From an uncultured Acidobacteriota bacterium (GTDB lineage Bacteria; Acidobacteriota; UBA6911; RPQK01; JAPXNP01): 64,000 nt of DNA. The notes under the pieces are model-generated. The model saw nothing but the letters and a program-made list of their open reading frames with translations. It was not told where the DNA came from and made no database searches. The stretch covers positions 864,001-928,000 of the forward strand of contig CAVZRV010000007.1 of assembly GCA_963777605.1 (NCBI GenBank), read 5' to 3'. Of this stretch, positions 1 through 10,575 are shown one piece after another. Each line of letters starts with the position of its first letter. Positions within the stretch are counted from its first letter, which is position 1. The position numbers and the translations under genes are program-made.

Positions 1-834
1 ATCCAGTTCGTTGGTTTCCAGCGTCAGATTTCCCCCCTCCGGCATGGCATCCCGGGCATTCACGCAGAGATTCATGATGACTTGTTCAATCTGCGCCAGG
101 TCGGCCATTACAGGACTCAGGTCGGAACTCAGCATCGTACTCAGTTGAATATCCTCCCCGATCAACCGGCGAATCATCCGGTCCATATTTCCAACCACCC
201 GGTTGAGATCGAACACCTGAGGCTTGACCATCTGTTTCCGGCTGAAGGTCAGCAACTGGCGGGTCAGGTCGGTCGCCCGATCAGTCGCAGCCCGGATCTC
301 GGAAAGGGCAACCCGGTCAAGCCCAGTCACTTCTTCACGGTCCAGCAGAACATCGGTATAGCCACCAATGATCGTCAACAGGTTGTTGAAATCATGTGCG
401 ATACCTCCGGCCAGGCGACCGACGGCTTCCAGTTTCTGCGCCTGCAGCAACTGGGCCTGGAGATTCTTCTCCTCGCGCAAGTCCCGGACATACGAGCAAC
501 TGATTTCAAATCCGTCGGAAACGACCAGGTTCGCACTGATCTCAACCGGCAGAAGACTGCCATCCCGGTGGACGAACTCGACCGGCTCCACCAGTTGGGT
601 GCTCTGCCTCAGTCGCTCCCAGTATTCGGAAAACTGCAGAGCGTCGTTTCGGGGCATAAAATCGATGATTGACTTACCCGTCAATTCAGCTTCGTTGAAC
701 CCGAGCAAAGCGCTCGCCGCGGGATTGGCGAAGTAGATCGTGCCGGTCCCGCCAACCAGCATCATCGCGGTCGCCGATTTCTCGACCAGCATCTTGGTCA
801 ACTGATTACGCTTTGTCTCGTCCGACAACGGCAT
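1..834 (-). CDS. PAS-domain sensor histidine kinase (5' part only; runs off the left edge)
   Basis: Minus-strand frame from ATG 834 reads MPLSDETKRNQLTKMLVEKSATAMMLV..FANPAASALLG (PAS), then QAQKLEAVGRLAGGIAHDFNNLLT (HisKA H-box) and ..EQVIMNLCVNARDAM (N-box). Not in the ORF track because it is open-ended. Confidence 0.9.
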   Translation of the reverse strand, partial: MPLSDETKRNQLTKMLVEKSATAMMLVGGTGTIYFANPAASALLGFNEAELTGKSIIDFMPRNDALQFSEYWERLRQSTQLVEPVEFVHRDGSLLPVEISANLVVSDGFEISCSYVRDLREEKNLQAQLLQAQKLEAVGRLAGGIAHDFNNLLTIIGGYTDVLLDREEVTGLDRVALSEIRAATDRATDLTRQLLTFSRKQMVKPQVFDLNRVVGNMDRMIRRLIGEDIQLSTMLSSDLSPVMADLAQIEQVIMNLCVNARDAMPEGGNLTLETNELD

Positions 835-967
835 ATTAGGCCTCTGCCCCCGGAATGACGCGCGACGGCCCGGCAACAACGTTCATATTGATCCTAGATT
901 CTTCCACGCATATCAACCATTTGTGAAGTGAAATAGCCACGACTTTGGGCAAAGGCGCAAGGTCCAC

Positions 968-1597
968 CTATTTTCCACCCCTAAGGATGGGCGCCAACCA
1001 CTTCCAAACGTTCCTGGCGACGATCCGGTGGCCCTCTTCTGTCGGATGGATTCCGTCGGGAAGGTTCAGCGCAGGCCGCCCGGCGACTCCTTCCAGGAGA
1101 AAGGGCATCAAGACAGCATGGTTCTTCTCCGCCAGTTCCTTGAAAATCCCCTGGAATCTGGCCGTGTAGTCGGGGCCAAGGTTCGGAGGCACCATCATCC
1201 CTGCAATCATGATCCTGCAATCCGGATAGGACTCCCGGGTCCTGTCAATGATGGACTGGAGATTCTTCTCGGTGGAGTCGAGGGGGATACCCCTCAAACC
1301 GTCATTAGCACCCAGTTCGAGGAAAAGTACATCGACTGGTCTTTTCAGCAGCCAGTCAATTCTTCGCACACCACCTGCGGAGGTGTCGCCACTGACACCA
1401 GCGTTAACGACCTTATAGGGGAGCCCTGCCTCGTCGATCTTCTTCTGAATCAGGGCCGGAAAGGCCAATGCAGGATCAAGCCCGTAGCCGGCCGTCAGGC
1501 TGTCTCCCAAAAACAATATGGTCTCCGACTGGGCCGCCCCGAAACAGCCTATCGAGCAAAGTGCAGCGACCATCCAAGTTATTGACGTTCTGAACAT
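968..1597 (-). CDS. tesA: SGNH/GDSL arylesterase (TesA-like), with signal peptide
   Basis: GDSLTAGYG, NAGVSGDTS, LGAND and DGIHP motifs. Divergent from ybbA as in E. coli. ATG 1597 follows AGGTGAGG. Confidence 0.88.
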   Translation of the reverse strand: MFRTSITWMVAALCSIGCFGAAQSETILFLGDSLTAGYGLDPALAFPALIQKKIDEAGLPYKVVNAGVSGDTSAGGVRRIDWLLKRPVDVLFLELGANDGLRGIPLDSTEKNLQSIIDRTRESYPDCRIMIAGMMVPPNLGPDYTARFQGIFKELAEKNHAVLMPFLLEGVAGRPALNLPDGIHPTEEGHRIVARNVWKWLAPILRGGK

Positions 1598-1653
1598 TGC
1601 TGCCTCACCTAGCATAGTACGATATAAACGTTCGGAGCGGCTTACTGCTGATA

Positions 1654-2367
1654 GTGATGAAACAACACGTACTCAAGGTTGAGGAAGTCGGCAAGGATTA
1701 CTCCAGCGGAGGGCGTCTCCTCTCGGTCCTGAGCGATATCTCGTTCGAAATCCCGGAGGCCTCAACGTGCTCCATCGTCGGCCCGTCGGGCAGTGGAAAG
1801 ACCACTCTACTCGGGCTCTGCGCCGGATTGGACCGCCCGACAAGGGGAAAGGTTGTTCTCGGAGGCCGGGAACTCGGGCCACTCTCGGAAGAGGAACTGG
1901 CTGTGTTCCGCAGTCGGAACCTAGGGTTTGTTTTCCAGTCGTTTCAGCTCATCCCAACCCTGACAGCCCTGGAAAACGTCATGGTCCCCGCCGAATTGAG
2001 AGGGGACTCCGGCGTGCGGGGACGGGCCCGGCAAATGCTGTCCCAGGTCGGGTTGGAGGACCGCCTCGATCACTATCCGACTCAACTCTCCGGAGGTGAG
2101 CAGCAGCGGGTTGCGCTGGCGAGAGCCTTCGTAAATCGCCCCAAAGTGCTGTTTGCGGATGAGCCCACCGGAAACCTGGATTCCGCAACCGCGGCCACGG
2201 TTGAGGAACTCATTTTCCAACTCAACCGGGAATATGGAACGACGCTCATTCTCGTCACTCACAACCTGGAGCTGGCTAGCCGGACAAATCGAATCATTTC
2301 CCTGAGAGGCGGTCGAATTCTCGAAGACCGCAGTTCTGCGCTCGGGCAGGCGTCGGTGACTACGTGA
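1654..2367 (+). CDS. ybbA: ABC transporter ATP-binding protein (YbbA-like)
   Basis: GPSGSGKTT, LSGGEQQR, LFADEPTGNLD; tesA-ybbA-ybbP arrangement. Confidence 0.88.
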   Translation: MMKQHVLKVEEVGKDYSSGGRLLSVLSDISFEIPEASTCSIVGPSGSGKTTLLGLCAGLDRPTRGKVVLGGRELGPLSEEELAVFRSRNLGFVFQSFQLIPTLTALENVMVPAELRGDSGVRGRARQMLSQVGLEDRLDHYPTQLSGGEQQRVALARAFVNRPKVLFADEPTGNLDSATAATVEELIFQLNREYGTTLILVTHNLELASRTNRIISLRGGRILEDRSSALGQASVTT

Positions 2368-4885
2368 AGATCCCCTGGGTCCTCCTGATGGCCTGGCGGG
2401 ACGGCCGCCACAGCTGGCAGCGCCTGCTGCTTTACACGTCCGCTATCGTCATGGGCGTAGCCGCCCTCGTTTCAATCCGATCGTTCGGTGAGAATCTCCT
2501 GGCCGCCGTGGAAGACCAGGCCAAGGTCCTGCTCGGGGCCGACCTTGTGCTGCGCAGCAACCTCCCGTTTGATCCCGAGGACGAAAAGCTTTTCACGGAG
2601 ATTGGAGGGCGACAGGCCCGCCAGGTCGATTTCGCATCGATGGCGCTCTTCCCCCGGCAGAACGCGACCCGTCTGGTCCAGGTGCGCGCAATTTCAGGCC
2701 CGTTCCCGTTTTACGGAACCCTCGGAACCGATCCGCCCGATGCCGCAGCGGTCTACCAGAACGGCCGGTCGGCCCTTGTCGATGAAACGCTGATGCTCCA
2801 GTTCAGGGTCCAGGTAGGAGACCCCCTAAAGCTGGGCAACGCCACCTTCAAAATTGTCGGCAAACTCCTTGAGATTCCCGGCGACTCGGCCGTAGCTTCC
2901 GACCTCGCCCCCCGGATCTTCATTCCCGGACAGCTCCTGGATGAAACCGGCCTGGTCCAGACCGGTAGCCGGGTGCACTACCGAATCTTCTTCAAGCTGA
3001 GCCCGGGGCAAAACCCCGACAAGCTCGTTGAATCCCTCAAAGACAGGCTGCGTGCATTGAATCTTTCCGCCGACACGGTCGAAGAACGCAAGGAGGATTT
3101 TCAGCGTGAACTGACGAACCTCAACCGGTTCTTGAGCCTGGTCGGATTCATCGCCCTGGTTCTGGGCGGAATCGGGGTAGCCAGCTCGATTCATCTGTAC
3201 GTCCGTCAGCGGATGCCGACCATCGCAATCCTGCGGTGTGTCGGAGCTTCCCCAGGCAGAGTTTCTCAGTCTACCTGGTTCAGGCGGCACTCCTCGGACT
3301 GGTTGGAGCGCTTGTCGGGGTCTTTCTCGGGGTCATGGCCCAGCGTCTCCTTCCATCCGTGCTGGGGGGATTTCTCCCCTTCGAATTTGACCAGAGCGTC
3401 TCGGCTCGTGCCATTTTCGAAGGCTTCTTCGTTGGTCTCTCGGCATCGCTACTCTTCACCTTGATTCCGCTGGCCCCGATCCGGCGGATCTCCCCTCTCC
3501 TGACGCTTCGCTCCGATGTCGAGGCTGCCTTTCGGCCGCGACGAGATCCTCTCGTCTGGCTGCTGACCGGCGTGGTCCTGGCTGCGCTGCTGGCCTTCTC
3601 GTTGTGGAACTCGAGCACCTGGGTCATCGGGTTGGGCTTCTTCGGAGGCCTGCTTGTGGTTTTCGGTTTGTTGTTTGGGGTTGCCAAATCGATCATGTTC
3701 CTGACCCGGCGCTTTTTCCCGACAAGCTGGCGCTACGAATTGCGCCAGGGACTGGCCAACCTCTTTCGTCCCCACAATCAAACCGTGGTCCTGATTCTCT
3801 CAGTCGGCCTTGGCACCTTCTTCATTACTACGCTGTACCTAACCCAGACCAGCCTGCTCCAGGAAGTGGAGTCGGTGGGTTCGGGAACCCGCCCCAACCT
3901 GGTGCTGTTTGACATCCAGTCGGATCAGTTGGCAGGTGTCGTCCAGTTGCTCGAGGAGAATCAACTTGTGGTCCAGGACGAGGTTCCGGTCGTGACGATG
4001 CGTCTCAGCGCAATCAACGGGACCCCGGTCGAACAGCTGAGGGATGCACCCGAATGGCAACACAGGAGGTGGGCGTTGACCAGGGAGTATCGTTGTACCT
4101 ATCGAGATCACCTCACGGAAGCCGAAACCCTCGTTAAAGGTTCCTTTCCAGGCCCGCCTGGATCCGGAGTTCAGGTTTCTCTGGAACAGCGTATCGCCGA
4201 CGATCTCAAAGCACAGATCGGAGATCACCTCGTCTTCGACGTTCAGGGCGTCCCGGTCGAGGTAGAGGTTGGGAGCATCCGATCGGTTGAGTGGCGCACT
4301 TTTCAACCCAATTTCTTCGTCCTTTTCCCAACCGGAGTGCTGGAGGATGCTCCCCAGTTTCACGTGATAATTACGAGAACTGAGAGTAAGGCTCAGTCGG
4401 CCCGGTTCCAACGTGCCCTGGTCCAGGATTTTCCCAATGTCTCTGCGATTGACTTGTCCCTGGTTCTGGAGACTATCGATTCCGTCCTGAACCGACTCTC
4501 GTTCGTAATCCGGTTCATGGCATTTTTCTCGGTCGCCACCGGCTTCCTGGTGATGATTGGCGCGATTGTCTCCGGACGTTACCAGCGCATGCGGGAAAGT
4601 GTCCTGTTACGAACGCTCGGCGCTTCCCGTCGTCAACTGCGGACCATTTTCGTGACGGAGTACCTCTTCCTCGGGCTGTTCTCCGCCACGACCGGCGTAC
4701 TTCTTTCCCTGCTCGCATCCTGGGCAATCGCCACCTTCGTCTTCAAAACCACTTTTATCCCGGCGCCAGACGTTATTGTGGGAGCGTTCCTGGTGGTCAC
4801 CGCTCTCACGATTGTCGTCGGACTGAGCAACAGCCGCGGGATTTTCACCCATCCCCCGCTCGAGGTCCTTCGCAGCGAGGATTGA
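2364..4885 (+). CDS. ybbP: YbbP-like ABC permease, split by a -1 frameshift near 3248-3253
   Basis: ORFs 2364..3464 and 3236..4885 join as ..LRCVGAS(P)RQSFSVYLVQ if one C is added to the TTCCCCA run. Two FtsX-like halves. Confidence 0.85.
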
Positions 4886-5004
4886 AAATCCCCCGCTCGA
4901 ATCCGGAGTGATCGGACTCGCAGCCGGGCAGATTCCCCGCCAACACCAACAGAGACACGTCGGTACTGGCTCGAGATACCCCGGGTGTGCAAGGATGTCG
5001 AGAC

Positions 5005-5815
5005 ATGAAGATCGCCCTGGTTCAGCAATCCACCACGGAAGACCACACGGAAAACGTAGAGAGGGCATTGGGCCGTTTCCTGGAGGCTGCCGACCACGGA
5101 AGTCACCTCGTGCTCTTTCCCGAACTCTCCTTCCAGCGTTTCTTTCCAAGCCGGCGTCGAACAGCCGCGGCCGAATGTCACCTCCGAAACTATTCCCGGT
5201 CCCACGACCGACCGCTTTGCCGAGGCGGCCCACAGGACGGGAACCGCGGTGGTGATCAACCTGTACGAGCGGGCCGGCGACCGCTACTTCGACACTTCCG
5301 CCGTGATCGACTCGAATGGAGAGCTCAAGGGAGTGACCCGTATGGTTCACATCATGGATGGTCCGGGTTTCCACGAGCGCGATTACTATCACCCAGGGGA
5401 CCTGGGGGCGCCGGTCTACGACCTGGGAGTGGGAAGGATCGGCGTCGCGATCTGCTACGATCGTCATTTCCCGGAATACATGCGCGCGCTTGCTCTCAAG
5501 GGGGCCCAGTTGGTCTTGATCCCCCAGGCCGGGGCTGCCAATGAGTGGCCCCCAGGCCTGTTCGAAGCAGAGCTCCAGGTCGCCTCAATGCAGAACGGCT
5601 ACTTCTGTGCTCTGGCCAACCGGGTCGGAGACGAAGGCGTGCTTCGTTTTGCCGGGAAATCATTCTGCACGGACCCTGCCGGCCAGATCCTCTGCCAGGC
5701 CCCGGAAGACCGGGAGGTGCTGCTCTATGCCGATATCGATTTCGGGCGGATTGCTGACTCCCCGGCTCAGCAACATTTCTTGACCGACCGGAGGGAGAAT
5801 ATCTACCCTCTATAA
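5005..5815 (+). CDS. Carbon-nitrogen hydrolase (nitrilase superfamily, AguB/beta-ureidopropionase-like), frameshifted near 5146-5185
   Basis: MKIALVQ..LVLFPELS in one frame, then ETIPGPTT..YFDTSAVID..AICYDRHFPE..LANRVG in the next frame. Confidence 0.85.
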
Positions 5816-5848
5816 CCCACGGCCGCATGCCCGACTCAGGAGTCACCG

Positions 5849-7420
5849 TTGGATTTGAGTTCTCGAGAAATTGCCGTTCTTCTGACACTGCTTGTCTACC
5901 AGGTCAGCCTCCTTGCGATCGGCCTGGTCTGCCGCGGGAAGACTCATGACAATCTCGATTTCTATCTTGGCGGTCGTCGCCTGGGCCCACTGGTCGCGGC
6001 AATCAGCGCGTCGGCAAGTTCTTCTTCGGCCTGGACCCTGCTAGGAGTCAGCGGGGCCGCTTACGCCTGGGGTTTCTCGGCCCTCTGGCTGTTTCCCTCC
6101 TGTGTCGGAGGATTCCTCTTGAACTGGCTGCTGCTGGCCCGTCCCCTCCGAAAGTACTCGGTTGAGGAAGACGCCCTTACCGTCACAGATGTTCTTGCCG
6201 GGAAGCCCGGCTCGTCCGGACACTCCGCCATCAACGTCATCTCTTCCCTGATCGTCCTCGCTTCTCTTGGAACTTACATTTCTTCCCAGTTCCAAGGAGC
6301 GGGGAAAACCTTCAGCGAGACATTCGGCCTTTCCATGCCCGAGAGCATCCTGCTGGGTTCACTGATCGTCGTCTTCTATACCCTGATGGGCGGCTTTTGG
6401 GCGGTCAGTGTCACGGACACGCTCCAGGGATTGCTCATGGCGGCTACCTCGATCGTCCTTCCAGCCGCCGCCCTCCACGCGGTCGGCGGCTGGTCCGGTT
6501 TCCTGGACGGCATCCGGGCCATCAACGATCCCTCGTTCTTCAACCTGTTTCGCGACATGGCCTGGCCCAGTGCCATCGGGTTCGTCCTGGGCCTGCTGGG
6601 AATCGGGCTTGGTTACCCGGGCCAGCCTCACGTCGTCAACCGTTTCATGGCCCTCTCGGAAAAACCGGGCTCGCTGGAGAAGGCCCGTTTCATCGCCATT
6701 AGTTGGGCCGTAGTCGTGTATGCCGGCATGCTGACAGTGGGCTTGTGCGGCCGTATCCTCCTCCCCAATCTTTCTGATCCGGAGATCATATTCATCGGAC
6801 TGACAAACTCGCTCTTCCCCCCGGTTATGTCAGGTATCATGCTGGCTGCCGTCCTCTCCGCCATTATGTCGACAGCAGATAGCCAACTTCTGGTCGCTTC
6901 ATCGACAGTCACCCACGACCTGGGGCTCGAAAAGATTCGCAGGCTTTCCCCGCTCACCTGGTCGCGGCTCGTGGTTCTCACCCTCAGCACCATTGCGGTG
7001 GGAGGAGCCTTGGTCGGTTCTCAACAGATCTTTTCCCGGGTGCTGTTTGCCTGGGCTGCGATGGGTTCGGCATTTGGTCCGATTCTTCTGGTGCTGGTGT
7101 ACCGGAACCAGATCCGGCCGGGTTACCGAATCGCCGGCCTGCTCATCGGGTTCGGATTCAGCGTCGGGGCCTTCCTGGTCATGCCGGCAGCACTTCCCTG
7201 GAAAGGTGCATTCGAGAGGGTGCTCCCGTTTGTGCTGACCTTTCTTGTAGCCTGGATCGGCAGTGAAGCTGATTTCCATGCGCAGGCGTCCAGATTAGAT
7301 TTTGAGCTGAACTCCGACTTCGAAGACTTTCTCGACCGGCAGGTTGAAGTAGCGGGTTATCGGTTCAGCATTGCGGAGCATCAGGATAAACAAGCGGTCC
7401 CTCAGCCGAAGCCGTCCTGA
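5849..7420 (+). CDS. putP: Sodium:solute (proline-like) symporter
   Basis: FYLGGRRLGP, SAWTLLGVSG, AVSVTDTLQG, LGYPGQPH, AIMSTADSQLL. The 3' end overlaps convergent kup by about 125 bp, so the true stop may be earlier. Confidence 0.82.
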   Translation: MDLSSREIAVLLTLLVYQVSLLAIGLVCRGKTHDNLDFYLGGRRLGPLVAAISASASSSSAWTLLGVSGAAYAWGFSALWLFPSCVGGFLLNWLLLARPLRKYSVEEDALTVTDVLAGKPGSSGHSAINVISSLIVLASLGTYISSQFQGAGKTFSETFGLSMPESILLGSLIVVFYTLMGGFWAVSVTDTLQGLLMAATSIVLPAAALHAVGGWSGFLDGIRAINDPSFFNLFRDMAWPSAIGFVLGLLGIGLGYPGQPHVVNRFMALSEKPGSLEKARFIAISWAVVVYAGMLTVGLCGRILLPNLSDPEIIFIGLTNSLFPPVMSGIMLAAVLSAIMSTADSQLLVASSTVTHDLGLEKIRRLSPLTWSRLVVLTLSTIAVGGALVGSQQIFSRVLFAWAAMGSAFGPILLVLVYRNQIRPGYRIAGLLIGFGFSVGAFLVMPAALPWKGAFERVLPFVLTFLVAWIGSEADFHAQASRLDFELNSDFEDFLDRQVEVAGYRFSIAEHQDKQAVPQPKPS

Positions 7421-9191
7421 ACCTTTCAGGATTGGCGTTTCGCGGCTGACGAAAATCGTCGTATCGTCCAGATCAATATCGAAATCCCGGTTTCGAAGGA
7501 TTCGGATGATCGCGCTCAGATCAGCCCTATCCATGAAGCCATACCGGACGAGAACGCGGAAGAAGCCCTTTGGCAGCTCTTCGATTTTCAGCCTCTCATC
7601 GGCGCTCACATAGGGCGTGTTCTTGAATCCGATTGAGACGAAGAAGACGTTCTTGTGAACGGTTTTATTATGCAGAAGGTTGTGGACAAACGCCGATGAG
7701 GTCGTCAGCGGGGTTGCGGTCAAGTAAATCGCTGAACCCGACACCCGAGTTACGGTTCTAAAATCGAAATCCTCAACAAAGGTCTTTAGCGGTTTGACGT
7801 GATCAGAGATACCTTTCGCCAGGCTGTCCTGACCTTTCCTCCAGGTTGTCATGACCAGGTAGACGAGCAGCGGCAAGGCAGAGCGGATACCAGCCTCCCT
7901 GCTCTACCTTGAGGAGATTTGCGCTGAAGAAGAGCAGATCGATGACGAGGAAAACCCCGGCGACCAAAGCAGCCACGAACCAGTTCCAGTTCCAGATTCG
8001 CGTCATGGCGACATAGCCCAGCATTGTGGTGATCACCATCGTGGTTGCCACTGCAACTCCGTAGGCCGCCGCCAGATTGCTTGATGTTTTAAACCCTATT
8101 ACGACGGCTGCGGTTGCCAGGAACAGGATCCAGTTGACTCGCGGGATGAAGACTTGTCCCCGCTTCTCAGAAGACGTGTGGAGAACTTGCAGCCGAGGAA
8201 GGTATCCGAGCTGCAGTGCCTGAAAGGTCAAGGAAAACACGCCGGAAATGATGGCCTGAGACGCGATCACAGTGGCGATGGTGGCCAGGCCGACCATCGG
8301 ATAGAGCCCCCAGCCGGGCACCAGGTGGTAAAAAGGATTTTCGGCAGCCGGACCGCTTGCGAGAAGCAGCCCTCCCTGCCCGAAGTAATTGAGCATCAGG
8401 CAGGGTAAAACGACCGCAAACCACGACAGCCGGATCGGAGATCGCCCGAAATGGCCGATGTCGGCATAGAGCGCTTCGCCTCCTGTAACCACCAGAAACA
8501 CTGCTCCCAGGATAAACAGCGACTCCTGCCCTTGCCGGGAGAAGAAATCCACCGCGTGCAAAGGATTCACCGCTGCCATTACCTGCGGATTCCGGATCAC
8601 CCCGGTCACGCCGGTAGCCGCAATCACGCTGAACCAGACAGCCATGACCGGGCCAAACAGGAGTCCCACTTTTTCAGTTCCCCGATACTGAAAAGAGAAC
8701 AGCGCCAGCAGGATCGCCAGGGTGATCGGAATGATGTATGGGTCGAAAACCTTGGTGGCCACCTGGAGACCTTCCACGGCACTCAACACTGAGATTGCCG
8801 GAGTAATGGTCCCGTCTCCGTACAGCAGAGCGGCGCCGAAAAGACCAACTGCAATAACCGCTGTCCGGCTCCGCCCCTTCGAGGGAACTACCAGCTCCAT
8901 CAACGCGAGAATGCCACCTTCCCCATGATTGTCTGCCCGGAGAATCAGCACCAGGTATTTCAGTGAGATGACCAGGATCAAGGCCCAGAAAATCAGGGAA
9001 AGTACCCCCAGTATGTTCGCCGGATTCGCTGCGACGGAGTGCTCGCCGTGAAAACACTCCCGCAATGCATAGAGAGGGCTGGTTCCGATATCGCCGTAAA
9101 CAACGCCTAGAGCACTGAGAGAGAGGAGGGCCAACCTTTTGCGTTCGTGCTGTTCCTTGTCTTTGTCCTTAGCCGTTTCGCTCTTCTTCAA
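7295..9191 (-). CDS. kup: KUP/HAK/KT potassium transporter, frameshifted near 7870
   Basis: LGVVYGDIGTSPLY, GEGGILAL, TGGEALYADIGHFG. The C-terminal LVMTTWRKG..RYGFMD..VFEVGVQLKI lies in the second frame. Confidence 0.92.
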
Positions 9192-9352
9192 TACGCCACC
9201 CGGAGAATGATGCTGTTGGTTTGAGAATGGAGAGAATTACGCAATGCCGTGAACGCCCTCTTTCCACCAGTTTACACTGCTACCGGTTCAACGACAGGGG
9301 CCTGCCTCCTCTGGCTCATTATTGGCGGCAATGTTTCGGTTACCATTAAACT

Positions 9353-9886
9353 ATGAGGTCAAAAGTTGGGAACATTGTGGTGGAAGTCATCGAAGGGGAC
9401 ATTACTCGCCAACCGGACGTGGAGTGTATTGTGAATGCAGCAAACGGTGCACTCAGGCCCGGCGGGGGGGTAGCCGGAGCGATCCATCGAGCGGCCGGCC
9501 CGAAATTGGACGAGGAGTGCCGCCCCCTGGCTCCGATTCGACCGGGTCAAGCCGTTATTACCGGTGCGTATGAGTTGCCCAATCAACACGTGATCCACTG
9601 CCTCGGTCCCGTTTACGGCCAGGACGAACCAGCTGCCGAGTTGCTGGCTGACTGTTATCGGAACGCTCTCCACCTGGCCGACGAACGTGGAGTCAAGTCG
9701 ATCGCCTTCCCCTCTATTTCCACAGGGGTTTTCGGCTATCCGATGCGGGAGGCTGCAGAAGTCGCCTTTTCGACGATCAAGGGCATGGCCGCCGAACTTT
9801 CCCGGGTGGAATTGGTCCGGTTGGTTCTTTTTGGAGATGAGGCCAACCGGATTCACCAGAACGCCTTGACCGCCGTGGTTGGCTAA
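9353..9886 (+). CDS. Macro domain protein (O-acetyl-ADP-ribose deacetylase, YmdB/MacroD-like)
   Basis: GDIT, IVNAAN, GGGVAGAIH, SIAFPSISTGVFGYP. Confidence 0.92.
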   Translation: MRSKVGNIVVEVIEGDITRQPDVECIVNAANGALRPGGGVAGAIHRAAGPKLDEECRPLAPIRPGQAVITGAYELPNQHVIHCLGPVYGQDEPAAELLADCYRNALHLADERGVKSIAFPSISTGVFGYPMREAAEVAFSTIKGMAAELSRVELVRLVLFGDEANRIHQNALTAVVG

Positions 9887-9912
9887 AGTCGCTGTTTGGG
9901 CTCCATCCCCGT

Positions 9913-10575
9913 ATGTCAAAATCCTGGCACTCTCACTTTGCTAATCACTATGACGGGTTCATGAGCGGGATTGAGCGGCGCTCACTGGTGCCGATTCGGA
10001 ACCGGCTCCTGAAGAACCTCTCCGGACGGATTCTGGAGCTTGGTTCCGGTACCGGTGTCAACGTCCCCCTGATCGCTCGAGAAAAGGGCAAGCGCCTGTT
10101 GACGGAACCGGATGCCGCCATGCGTTCGGTAATGCGGTCAAAGTATCCCGGACTGATCCTGGACGGGCTCCCACTGATCGGATGTACGGCGGAACGACTC
10201 CCGGTTCCTTCCAACAGTTTTGACACAGTCGTCGCTACCCTTGTGCTCTGTACCGTCCCGGACCCTATGGCGGCCTGTCTGGAGATCCGCCGGGTTTTGG
10301 TTCCGGGGGGCAAATTCCTCTTCATTGAGCACGTTCGGCGGAACGGCCGAGGTGGTGTCTGGCAAGACCGTCTTCAACCTTTTTGGTCACTTGTTGGCTG
10401 TGGCTGCCATCCTAACCGGGAAACGGTTAAAATCATGCAGAGTTCCGGGCTGACCCTCCGCGAAATCGACTATTTCGACCCCTTCGCCGAAGCTTCTTTA
10501 CTGACCCGAACGGTGGGGAAACTCGTCAAGCCCTTTGTCCATGGAATTGCCCTCAATGACGGGCCGCGCACTTGA
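9913..10575 (+). CDS. Class I SAM-dependent methyltransferase
   Basis: ILELGSGTG, FDTVVATLVLCTV, RVLVPGGKFLFIEH, GCHPNR. Confidence 0.88.
   Translation: MSKSWHSHFANHYDGFMSGIERRSLVPIRNRLLKNLSGRILELGSGTGVNVPLIAREKGKRLLTEPDAAMRSVMRSKYPGLILDGLPLIGCTAERLPVPSNSFDTVVATLVLCTVPDPMAACLEIRRVLVPGGKFLFIEHVRRNGRGGVWQDRLQPFWSLVGCGCHPNRETVKIMQSSGLTLREIDYFDPFAEASLLTRTVGKLVKPFVHGIALNDGPRT

Noticed and set aside
82-672. 196-aa plus-strand ORF
   Set aside because: Antisense shadow of the minus-strand histidine kinase, which carries clear PAS and H-box motifs.
9353-10575. Macro domain plus methyltransferase as a toxin-antitoxin or defence pair
   Set aside because: No DarT/ART, sirtuin or other toxin nearby; both look like common stand-alone enzymes.
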